Positions 40,647 to 47,980 of a DNA stretch of 64,000 nucleotides are shown piece after piece. Both the position numbers and the translations under genes were made by a program. Source of the stretch: Chloroflexota bacterium (GTDB lineage Bacteria; Chloroflexota; Limnocylindria; Limnocylindrales; CSP1-4). The notes under the pieces were generated by a model. That model saw only the letters and a program-made list of their open reading frames with translations. It searched no databases and had not been told where the DNA came from. How positions within the stretch are numbered: position 1 is the stretch's first letter; every line of letters begins with the position of its first letter. The stretch spans positions 85,850 to 149,849 of the forward strand of contig PLMA01000067.1 in the NCBI GenBank assembly GCA_003141455.1, read 5' to 3'.

Positions 40647-40778
40647 GCCCGGAGGGGCCACGGACACCCGAACGACTCGATCGATTCTAGGATCGGCCGA
40701 ACGATGCGGGGTCGCGGTTCCTTCGGGCGCTCCATGTCCGTTCCAGGGCGGCCCGCCGTAGCCCGCACGCCGGCGGGC
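40647..40778 (+). ncRNA. Candidate ~130-nt shorter paralogue of the 39306-39643 RNA
   Basis: Same 5' GCCCGGAGGGGCCA and GGTTCCTTCGGGCG; stems CGGACA/TGTCCG, CGACTC/GGGTCG, CGATC/GATCG, GCCCG/CGGGC. Confidence 0.5.
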
Positions 40779-40844
40779 CGCTTGCTGCGCGCCGGCCTCG
40801 TCCACTTCTTACATCACTGTTGCGCCCGGTGATATCATCCAAGC

Positions 40845-41090
40845 ATGATACGAACGCAGATCTCCCTGACCGAGAAGCAGATGAACCGCCTCCGCCGCGC
40901 GGCGAGCGCTAGGGGAGTGTCCATCGCGTCGGTGATACGCGAGGCCGTGGATCGTTCAGTGCCTGACGAAGGGGCTGACCGGCTGGCGCGGCAGCAGCGA
41001 GCCTTCAAGCTTGCCGGCACCTTCTCGTCCGGTCACAGCGACACCTCCGAGCGCCATGACGAGATTCTCGCGGAAAAGCCGCGCTGGTGA
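40845..41090 (+). CDS. vapB: CopG/RHH antitoxin (VapB-type)
   Basis: MIRTQISL......L...A...GVS.A.VIREAVD, G.F.SG..D.SERHD; overlaps the PIN gene by 4 nt; ATCAC/GTGAT inverted repeat at 40813-40833. Confidence 0.88.
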   Translation: MIRTQISLTEKQMNRLRRAASARGVSIASVIREAVDRSVPDEGADRLARQQRAFKLAGTFSSGHSDTSERHDEILAEKPRW

Positions 41091-41479
41091 GCGTATTCGT
41101 CGACACGAGCGCCCTCTACGCGCTGCTCGACGCTGCCGACGCCGGCCACGAGCGCGCGTTGCGCGGGAGTGAACTCATCCTGGGCGAGGAACTACTCACG
41201 CACAGCTACGTGATGGTCGAGGCGGTATCGCTTGTCCGGCGCCGACTCGGAGCCGAAGCGGCGGCCCGCCTCATCGACGACATGCTGCCCGCAATCAAGA
41301 TAGTCGACGTGGACGAGGCTCTCAGAGGACGCGCGGTCGCAGCGTTTCGCGCGGCCGTCTCCTCGAGCATCTCTCTCGTTGACCGGACGAGCTTCGAATT
41401 CATGCGCACGCTCGGCATCTCGCGCGCCTACGCCCTTGACCCGGACTTCGAGGCAGAGGGCTTCGAGCTAGTCAGCTGA
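41087..41479 (+). CDS. vapC: PIN-domain toxin
   Basis: VFVDTSALYA, E, SLVDRTSF..M, ALDPDF. Confidence 0.92.
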   Translation: MSVFVDTSALYALLDAADAGHERALRGSELILGEELLTHSYVMVEAVSLVRRRLGAEAAARLIDDMLPAIKIVDVDEALRGRAVAAFRAAVSSSISLVDRTSFEFMRTLGISRAYALDPDFEAEGFELVS

Positions 41480-41557
41480 GAGAACGAAGCCCAAGGGCCC
41501 TTCCACGCAAGCCTAGCGCCCTTGCCACACGGCGCCTAGTGTAGTAGGCTTGGCGAC

Positions 41558-41728
41558 GTGAAGCGCCACGAGCTCCTGTGGGGGATCGCAAGAGCGGCCC
41601 GGGCGCAGGGCGTTGTGTGGCAACTCCACCGACAAGGCGCCAGCCACGAGATCTGGCGGTGTGACGGCCTGAAGGTGATCTCTAGGAAGCTCGAAGGGGT
41701 GCTTGGGAAGGACTGGTGGCGACGGTGA
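41558..41728 (+). CDS. hicA: HicA-like toxin, 56 aa, apparently internally deleted (absent from the ORF track)
   Basis: MKRHELL..IARAA...GV.W.L.RQGASHEIWRCDG..V|ISRKLEGVLGKDWW; GTGA overlap with hicB; TAGGCT lies 7 nt upstream. Confidence 0.75.
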   Translation: MKRHELLWGIARAARAQGVVWQLHRQGASHEIWRCDGLKVISRKLEGVLGKDWWRR

Positions 41729-42138
41729 AGCCGGTCTACACAGCCACGGCAGTTCGGAGCGGTCGATGGTGGGCCATCGAAGTACCGGACGTGTCCGGCG
41801 TGTACTCACAGGCGCGACGGCTGGATCAAGTGGGGGCGATGGCCCGAGAGGCGATCGCACTCATACAAGATGTCCCCGAGGACTCCTTTGATGTCATCGT
41901 TGAGCCGCAGATCGGGGCCCTTGGCGACCTCGGCCGCGCGATTGAGGACGCGCTACGAGCCCGCCAGGCGGCCGAGCAAGCTCAAGAGGTATCGTCTACA
42001 GCCATGCGCCACGCGGTCAGCGAGATCCGCAGCTCGGGCTACACGGCGCGCGATGCCGGCATGCTCCTCGGCGTCAGCAACCAGCGCATCAGCCAGATCG
42101 AGCGAAGCGGGGGCAGGAAGCGGACTCCAACTCCATAG
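41725..42138 (+). CDS. hicB: HicB-like antitoxin with C-terminal HTH
   Basis: YTATAVRSGRWWAIEVP.V.G.YSQARRLDQV..MAREAI; RDAG.LLGVS.QRISQ. Confidence 0.88.
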   Translation: MKPVYTATAVRSGRWWAIEVPDVSGVYSQARRLDQVGAMAREAIALIQDVPEDSFDVIVEPQIGALGDLGRAIEDALRARQAAEQAQEVSSTAMRHAVSEIRSSGYTARDAGMLLGVSNQRISQIERSGGRKRTPTP

Positions 42139-42222
42139 TCCCGACTGAGCGTCAGGCAACAGTCGAGGTCTCTAGGCCTCCCATTGTGCTGCCGATAAGA
42201 TAGGTTATGTCCGTTACTTGAA

Positions 42223-43053
42223 CTACAGGACCTCTTTGCCAAAGACGCGGTCGATGGGCAGATATCGGACGGGATCGGTCAGGCGGGGACCTGCTTGCCT
42301 TAGCCACGAGTCGAACCACACGTACCACGCCAACAAGGCGTTCTCGCCGAGGTCGTACGTCTCAGCTGGTTTGGGCATAAGAGCCTCGAGGCTTGGCCCG
42401 TGAGTGGCGTGGAGACGCGCTCTTTGCGGGCTGCCTGGTTGACCGAGCTTGGCGAGCTCGAGGTAGGTGCCTGCTCGCGCCACCACTCGATCAGGCACAA
42501 CAAGAAGATCAGGCTGTTCCGATCTGGGACATTCCTTGAGGGCTTGCGTGTAGTTCGCCTGGAAAGTCGCCGAAGCGGGACAATCGAATCCCCAAATCAC
42601 GAACAGGGATTCCGCGAGGGGCTGCAACTGGGCTGGCGCGAGGCAAAATCGCCGTTGTAGTCTTTTGAACGCACGTCCCTTCTTGATGGCATCCGCCATC
42701 TCCTGAGGCGACAGCATCGTCTTGACCTCCACAAGGCCGTACACAGCCTCAACGGGCCACAGCTCGTTTCGACTGCCGCCGTACAGCGGTGCGTTGTTGA
42801 GGACGTCCACGACGAGTAGATCGGCTTGACTAGAGAACTCCCCTTCAGAAGAGATCACCATTCCTGATCGAACGCCAAACTTCCGCGGCAGGTGCTGCTC
42901 AAGGAACCGGCCCACGATGTCCTGGCGGTTTTCACCGGCCGACAGATGGTGAGAAGCAAAGTCGCGACGGATCGCAGCAGACTGGTTGCGCATCTCTGCG
43001 GCGACCCCGGCCAGGTACTCCGGCAGGATTGCTGACTTAGGGGCACTGTTCAT
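42223..43053 (-). CDS. DUF6602-like PD-(D/E)XK nuclease-fold protein
   Basis: GE.RQ.IV.RFL..HLP..FGV.SG.VI...G..S.QAD..V.D, PVEAVYGLVEVK; visibly more AT-rich than the core genes. Confidence 0.75.
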   Translation of the reverse strand: MNSAPKSAILPEYLAGVAAEMRNQSAAIRRDFASHHLSAGENRQDIVGRFLEQHLPRKFGVRSGMVISSEGEFSSQADLLVVDVLNNAPLYGGSRNELWPVEAVYGLVEVKTMLSPQEMADAIKKGRAFKRLQRRFCLAPAQLQPLAESLFVIWGFDCPASATFQANYTQALKECPRSEQPDLLVVPDRVVARAGTYLELAKLGQPGSPQRARLHATHGPSLEALMPKPAETYDLGENALLAWYVWFDSWLRQAGPRLTDPVRYLPIDRVFGKEVL

Positions 43054-43604
43054 ACCCCGTACACCTTCAGGATGTCGTCGCCGTAGTGGTTGATCACTTT
43101 GATGGCGATGCAGCCGGAATCCGGGACTCGGAACGGGCGCGAAACCGTTGAGTTCAGCGAGGACCAGGCGGCCTCGTCGATGTCGGCACGGAGGGCGCGG
43201 CGGAGCTTGTCGTATGGGTCGTCATCGCCGAGGAAATATGCGTGGCGGACGAAGAACTGGCGGTTGTCGTAGGCGGTATCTATGAACCAGCAGGCGATGT
43301 CGGCGGTGGATTGGGGGACTATCTCGCCGTTGGTGGGCTTGTAGGTGTCGAGGCCGCGGATTTCGACCTGGAGCTGGCCCTCCCCTACCCTGCGGATGTC
43401 GACGTCGGGCTGGCCGAAGATGGAGAACAGGTTGCCGATGCGCGTCTTCTTGAGCAGGTCTTCGCCCATGCTGAGGTCCGGGTTCATTCGAACGGCCAGG
43501 ACGGTCAGGTTGCCGAAGCGCATCGCCTTGCCGGTCTCCTCGTCCGCACGGGCGTCGAACGCGAAGCCGCAGACATGACGGCCGATACCCTGTGCATCGC
43601 TCAA
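43050..43604 (-). pseudogene. C-terminal domain only of a type III-like site-specific DNA methyltransferase (Mod)
   Basis: CGFAFDA, RMNPDL.M.EDLLKKT..GNLF..FGQPD, DIACWFIDT.YD...FFVRHAYF, IAIKVINHYGDD; catalytic half absent; TTG 43604 comes from the repeated leader. Confidence 0.8.
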
Positions 43605-43619
43605 GGCCTTCCCCCGCTT

Positions 43620-43645
43620 GCGTGACGGTGCTCCCCTACTGTAGC
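43620..43645 (-). repeat. 26-bp promoter/leader repeat, copy 1
   Basis: GCGTGACGGTGCTCCCCTACTGTAGC (+ strand). Confidence 0.9.
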
Positions 43646-43690
43646 CCCTCGGCGCGGCCCCGGAGAGACCCGACCTGCGGTCGGCCGCGC

Positions 43691-44635
43691 TTACGGCCGG
43701 AACCTGGCCTCGCCGTGCCAGCTGAGCATGTCGCGCGAAGGCTGCTCGAATGCGGCTTGCGGCAATCGGATTGGGCAACCATCGAGTTCGTAGTACTCCC
43801 GTCCGTTCTCGAACTCCTCGTGGATCCGCCGACTGACACGAACCCGCAGGTCATCGGGCGTCACCGTCATGTAGCCGAGATCGAAGAGGGTATGCAGGTC
43901 GGATCGGAGCAGGAGCCCGTTCGAGACCTCGTGGCGGCCGACGAGGTTGTAGGGCTTGATGTGCGCGGCCTCCAGCACCGGCAGCGTCCGCTCTCCCGTC
44001 ACGACGCATCGACGGTCATAGGCATCCGTGACCATGACGCGAAATGCGCCCTGGCCAAGCCGGGGGCGAACGAGGAGTGGGCTACCGTACGATGCCGCCG
44101 GGCCGTCACTGGTCGCATGCGCGAGATCCGCGATTGGCTGCGCGGAACTGACTACCGCCAGCGCCTCCAAGACGCGCAGCCAGAGGCGCTGGCCCTCGCC
44201 GATCTCGGTGTCGTATGTCTTGCCGCGCGTGAGATTCGAGGACCAGTCGGCGGGCGGCTCGATCCACATCTCCCTTGGCAGGAAGAATGGCTCGACGAGG
44301 ATCGAGGCGCCAATCTGCGTGCTGAGCGGATCCACAGCCCTTTCGCTATGCCTGCGAACCAGTTGGAGGAATGCGTCGTAGGAGGCAGCACCGTTGGACT
44401 TACCAAAGGCGTCCCAAGCGAGCTGCGGTGTCAAGGTCGAGTAGTGCGCAAACCGCGCGCCGCCGACGATGTATCCGCCGTTGCGGACGTGGAGCTTGAA
44501 GAGCCACGGTGCGCCTTCGGGCAGAGTGACCGGGCGCACATTGTTGGGCTGCCAGAAGTTCACCTCGTCGATAGGTGCGACCGAAGTGAGGTAGCTGACC
44601 CAGGAAGAGTCTGTGTTCGCGACCCAGTACCGCAC
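43691..44635 (-). CDS. HNH endonuclease with N-terminal putative DNA-reader domain (type IV restriction-like)
   Basis: YWVANTD..W..YL...DEVNFWQP; RLGQGAFR..V..AY...C.VTG...LEAAHI.P...H.V.NGLLLRSDLH.LFD. Confidence 0.88.
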   Translation of the reverse strand: MRYWVANTDSSWVSYLTSVAPIDEVNFWQPNNVRPVTLPEGAPWLFKLHVRNGGYIVGGARFAHYSTLTPQLAWDAFGKSNGAASYDAFLQLVRRHSERAVDPLSTQIGASILVEPFFLPREMWIEPPADWSSNLTRGKTYDTEIGEGQRLWLRVLEALAVVSSAQPIADLAHATSDGPAASYGSPLLVRPRLGQGAFRVMVTDAYDRRCVVTGERTLPVLEAAHIKPYNLVGRHEVSNGLLLRSDLHTLFDLGYMTVTPDDLRVRVSRRIHEEFENGREYYELDGCPIRLPQAAFEQPSRDMLSWHGEARFRP

Positions 44636-44762
44636 TCGTGGAGTCTACGAGGGCGCGGACTCTCGCGGAATACCCACTTGTGCCTGGCCCGCGAAGGCGC
44701 TCCATCGATGTGCCGCCCACTACTCACCCAGCTTCGGCGTGCTCGGAGCGATGAAGCCGCCT

Positions 44763-44787
44763 GGGGTCCACGTAGATCATTCTGGAC
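44763..44787 (-). pseudogene. Possible eroded Mod catalytic motif (VQ-MIYVDP)
   Basis: GTCCAG-A-ATGATCTACGTGGACCCC resembles KVQMIYIDPPY with a 1-nt insertion; very short. Confidence 0.3.
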
Positions 44788-44872
44788 CTGGATGTGGATC
44801 GGGATCGCCGGCACGACGAGCGCCCCCGACGGAGGTCGGCGCGGCCGGCTTGCCAATTCTCCTGGCCAACGC

Positions 44873-45283
44873 TTACTTCCCGCTTACCTTCGCTGCCGTC
44901 GCATCCATGATCGTTTGGGCGCCTGCCACTGCTTCCTCGGCTTCCGTCCACGTTGGCTCGTCCGGATCACCCAGCTCGGTTACGTATCGCACGCCTCGAG
45001 CCATCGCGCTGAGCGACGCCAGCGTCTTCATCGACACGCCGAGGTTCAGATCCGCAGGCAGCATCGACTTGAGGGCAACCAGGTTGTGATCGCGCGGAGG
45101 TTCGATCCCCTCGGCCACTGGCACCGCCTTCATCGACTTCTCGGCAGCCTGCTGAGCGTGGAAACCAGCTGCCCAAGGCTCCATGTCGGGCCCCCTCTTC
45201 AGGATGACCCTGGCCAGCGCGAGGTCCGTCTTGGCCTTGGCAAGCCAGAGTTCCGCGACCGCAAGCTGCTCAGCTGCGCGCAT
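44873..45283 (-). CDS. HEPN domain protein
   Basis: WLAKA..DL..A....FHAQQAAEKSMKA...PPRDHNL..L; coupled to the MNT gene. Confidence 0.88.
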   Translation of the reverse strand: MRAAEQLAVAELWLAKAKTDLALARVILKRGPDMEPWAAGFHAQQAAEKSMKAVPVAEGIEPPRDHNLVALKSMLPADLNLGVSMKTLASLSAMARGVRYVTELGDPDEPTWTEAEEAVAGAQTIMDATAAKVSGK

Positions 45284-45815
45284 AGATGGTGACCCCCTCC
45301 CGAAGGGCCGGGCGCAGCGTGGATCCAGCGAGATTGGCGCCTCGCGCAAGCTGCTCCGGCGTGGCAACGATCACGTCAGTGGACAGCGGGATACCCTGGA
45401 GCGCCTGGTAGATGGCTACCTCGATGTCTCGTCCTCGCTGCACGCCGGACACAACGATCAGCAGGTCCGCGTCGCTGTCGGGACGAGCCTCCCCCCGGGC
45501 CTGGGAACCGAAGAGGATGATCTTCTCCGGCTTGAAGCCACGGACGATGCGGCGCTTGATCAAGGGCAGCCACTCGATTGCTTGTTGCGACAGACGCAGC
45601 TTCTGCTTCTTCGCTCCCCTCTTTGGCCCGGAGCTCGCCCGGTAGTCTTCCACCTCAGCGCGTCTCCAGATTCGGCCGTTGGCGACGATGGCCGCCGGCG
45701 CGGGAAAATCAGGCCTGGAGGCCCAGTCGCGGATGAAGTTGGGCACGTTGACGCCGTAGATCTCGGCAGCCTCCTTGGTGCCCAGGAGCTCCATTGGAGT
45801 CTCGCGCTCGCTCAT
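45270..45815 (-). CDS. AlpA/excisionase-like HTH fused to a minimal nucleotidyltransferase (MNT)
   Basis: N-terminal LLGTKEAAE..GV......RPDFPAP......GRIW...EV; C-terminal IILFGSQARG.ARPDSDADLL. Confidence 0.85.
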   Translation of the reverse strand: MSERETPMELLGTKEAAEIYGVNVPNFIRDWASRPDFPAPAAIVANGRIWRRAEVEDYRASSGPKRGAKKQKLRLSQQAIEWLPLIKRRIVRGFKPEKIILFGSQARGEARPDSDADLLIVVSGVQRGRDIEVAIYQALQGIPLSTDVIVATPEQLARGANLAGSTLRPALREGVTIYARS

Positions 45816-45821
45816 GTCGTT

Positions 45822-45840
45822 ATGATAGCATCACTATCAT
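45822..45840. promoter_or_regulatory. Inverted-repeat operator over the HTH-MNT promoter
   Basis: ATGATAG-CATCA-CTATCAT; the minus-strand TATCAT lies 6 nt before ATG 45815. Confidence 0.65.
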
Positions 45841-45950
45841 TAGATACACGCCCCCCTCTGCAGCGAGCTCACGTGCGCGCGGACGAGGTTGGCCGCGTCC
45901 CAGGGATCGGTGACTTCCAAGAAGGACCACCGGCCCAGGCCGCCGCGCTC
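45840..45950 (-). pseudogene. Extreme C-terminal remnant of a type III-like restriction subunit (BPTD_3080-like)
   Basis: ERGGLGRWSFLEVTDPWDAANLVRA resembles the GGFGRWAFLEI.DPWD terminus recalled for this family. Confidence 0.6.
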
Positions 45951-46029
45951 TGATAGGAGCAGGTCCCAGCGACCCGGATACCTCTCCAACCAGGCCCGTC
46001 TTGGTTCAGTCGATGCTCGCGCTTGTGCG

Positions 46030-46476
46030 TCAGTGCGGCGAGGGAATCGCCGGCGAATGAGTGGGAATCCCTCGCATTATCACGTCGGTGAGGTACTGGC
46101 TGACGAGTCCCGAGATGGGCACTAGGAAGGTCAGCATGAGCGTGGTGAAGACGATGAAGCAAGCGATCTTGAACGACGCGCTTCTCGCGTAGCCGCGCGG
46201 AAGCCAGGGCGAAAGCAGCACCGGGAGAGCCATAGGGAAGAGATCGGCTGCCCCGATCGCCGCATAGATACCGGGTCCCGAAGTCAGCCCGCCGACGATG
46301 AACCCAAGCCCGATCACAAGCCCGACAGCGCCGCACGCGAGGACCAACCGGTCGAGATGAATACCTCGGGTCCGAGCGGGCTTGCTCTGGACTTCGCGCA
46401 CGGCCGCCAGCCCGAGATCGGATGCGCCGCCGACCATCTCGCGCGTGCCGCGGCAATCCGGGAACTGGGGAATGCA
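46030..46476 (-). CDS. Membrane protein or remnant with a partial topoisomerase-type C4 zinc-finger motif
   Basis: C..QFPDCRGTR lies upstream of the ORF-track start, followed by 3 TM segments; start unclear. Confidence 0.45.
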   Translation of the reverse strand, partial: CIPQFPDCRGTREMVGGASDLGLAAVREVQSKPARTRGIHLDRLVLACGAVGLVIGLGFIVGGLTSGPGIYAAIGAADLFPMALPVLLSPWLPRGYARSASFKIACFIVFTTLMLTFLVPISGLVSQYLTDVIMRGIPTHSPAIPSPH

Positions 46477-46492
46477 GGTGATGCTGAGTAGC

Positions 46493-46807
46493 TCACCGGC
46501 GTTCCTCGGTCAACCAAGTGAGGATCACCAGGGGGATGATGATGACGATCCACGGGATGAAGTAGACCTGGCTCGTGAAATAGGCGGCGAAGTCGCTCAA
46601 GCCCTTCGGCGCCGTCAGCGCGGCCCACAGGCAGAGAACCGGCAACGTCAGCGCCCATATCCCAAGCGCGAGCCGAAGGAACTCGTGCAGGAAGCTGCCG
46701 CTTGGTCGGATGACCGCGTCGAAGGACGCGCCGCAATGGCGACAGGCCTTGTCGCTCGCGGCCACCAGGCCGCCGCAGTTGGAACAGACCCGATCTGCCA
46801 CCCTCAC
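46493..46807 (-). CDS. Zinc-ribbon membrane protein
   Basis: CSNCG......ACRHCG followed by two TM helices. Confidence 0.7.
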   Translation of the reverse strand: MRVADRVCSNCGGLVAASDKACRHCGASFDAVIRPSGSFLHEFLRLALGIWALTLPVLCLWAALTAPKGLSDFAAYFTSQVYFIPWIVIIIPLVILTWLTEERR

Positions 46808-46832
46808 CCCGCTCCTTGTTCGAGACGCGGGT

Positions 46833-47223
46833 TCAATGTACTCCTCCCCTCGCCTGCGGCGTCTCGTCGTGCGTGTCGGCGTCGAAGGCGGCGATCGAGG
46901 CGCGCAGGTTGCCGGCGACCTGCCTGGGGTCCGCCAGGATAGCCCGCAGGTTCAGTCGCGAGGTGTAGTAGGCCTCGATGCCGGTCACGGTCTTACAAGA
47001 CGGGGCCGACGGTCTGCACGGTCAGGGTCTTGCCGCGGGCGAGGACCTGGGCTTTGGTGGGCTCGAGGACGCAGTCGAGCCGGCGGAGCAGGACGAGCGG
47101 CAGGATGACCCGGCCGTACTCGGACTGCTTGTGATCGCCGCGCAGCAGATCGGCGATGGCCCAGATGAGGCCGGCGTGGTTGGTGGGCGCGGCGTGATTC
47201 GTGGCGGCGCTGCCCTCGGCCAA
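46833..47223 (-). pseudogene. hsdM: Type I R-M methyltransferase HsdM, N-terminal fragment with frameshift
   Basis: [36 protein letters not shown], a +1 shift at ~46995, then TGIEAYYTS.LNL..ILADP..VA.NL; truncated after ~120 codons. Confidence 0.85.
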
Positions 47224-47240
47224 CTGATACCCCCGGGAAC

Positions 47241-47266
47241 GCGTGACGGTGCTCCCCTACTCTAGC
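47241..47266 (-). repeat. 26-bp promoter/leader repeat, copy 2
   Basis: GCGTGACGGTGCTCCCCTACTCTAGC. Confidence 0.9.
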
Positions 47267-47310
47267 CAGTTGCGGCACGGTTCGAACTGCCCAGCCGGCG
47301 AGCGACAGTC

Positions 47311-47349
47311 TTGACACGCCATCGTCGACGTGTAGCATATGCGCTACAC
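47311..47349 (+). promoter_or_regulatory. Sigma70-type promoter with palindromic operator
   Basis: TTGACA 47311-47316, TAGCAT 47333-47338, GTGTAGC-N6-GCTACAC 47330-47349; AGGAG SD follows. Confidence 0.75.
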
Positions 47350-47361
47350 CAGGAGACAGGC

Positions 47362-47724
47362 GTGAAGACTGAATTCGATCGCGACTTCGATGGCTGGATG
47401 CAAGATCCGGAGTTCGCAGACGGTTACGCCCTGGAGCGCAGGCGGATCGATGCTATCGACCGGATCGTTCACGCTCTGGACGCGGCCCGGCAGGAGCGCG
47501 GCATGACGAAAGCCGACGTGGCGCGTGCTGCCGGTCTCCCCGCGCAATCGGTTCGCCGCTTCTTCACGCAGAGCCCGCAGAATCCCACGCTGTCGGTGAC
47601 TGTTGCCATAGCCTCTGCTGTCGGTCAGCCTTTGATCACGACCGAAGCTGCCGCACCCGTGGAGCGTCGAAGTCCGGCAGCACCGACGAGGGCTACAGCG
47701 CCACGGACCGCGGTCGCCGGCTGA
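47362..47724 (+). CDS. XRE-family HTH antitoxin-like protein
   Basis: FD..M.DPEF...Y..ER.RID.ID.I..ALD.AR...GMTKADVAR......VRR.FT...NPTL. Confidence 0.8.
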   Translation: MKTEFDRDFDGWMQDPEFADGYALERRRIDAIDRIVHALDAARQERGMTKADVARAAGLPAQSVRRFFTQSPQNPTLSVTVAIASAVGQPLITTEAAAPVERRSPAAPTRATAPRTAVAG

Positions 47725-47881
47725 GGTATTCGTCTCCAAGGGCTCGGATCCGCGCGTAGTCGGCCGTGGTGAAGACCGTCAGGTATGGCTTGGTCATGCC
47801 TCCCAGGATGATCAGGGACGGGCCCGGCAGGCCGTTCGCCGCCGTTTGACGCTCCAGAAGGCAGAAGAGCCGGTAGTGGAG
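47693..47881 (-). pseudogene. C-terminal half of a RelE/HigB-like toxin
   Basis: LHYRLFCLLERQ...GL.GPSLIILGGMTKP..TVF...DYARIRALGDEY; in-frame stop upstream, no start. Confidence 0.6.
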
Positions 47882-47940
47882 CCGCCGGCCGCCTCGGGCC
47901 GTAGGTCACGACGCCCCATAGCGTTCACTCAGCCTTGACG

Positions 47941-47960
47941 GGTTATCAGAAGTGATAACC
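47941..47960. promoter_or_regulatory. Palindromic operator upstream of an orphan HTH gene
   Basis: GGTTATCA-GAAG-TGATAACC, directly after TTGACG. Confidence 0.65.
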
Positions 47961-47980
47961 TGCCCCGAGAAAGGGAGCGA

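Noticed and set aside
39009-40805. 598-aa minus-strand ORF across the ncRNA/GT2 region
   Set aside because: Low-complexity Arg/Gly/Pro translation antisense to a clear GT2 gene; no domain signal.
43592-45292. 566-aa plus-strand ORF
   Set aside because: Shadow of the HNH and HEPN genes on the opposite strand.
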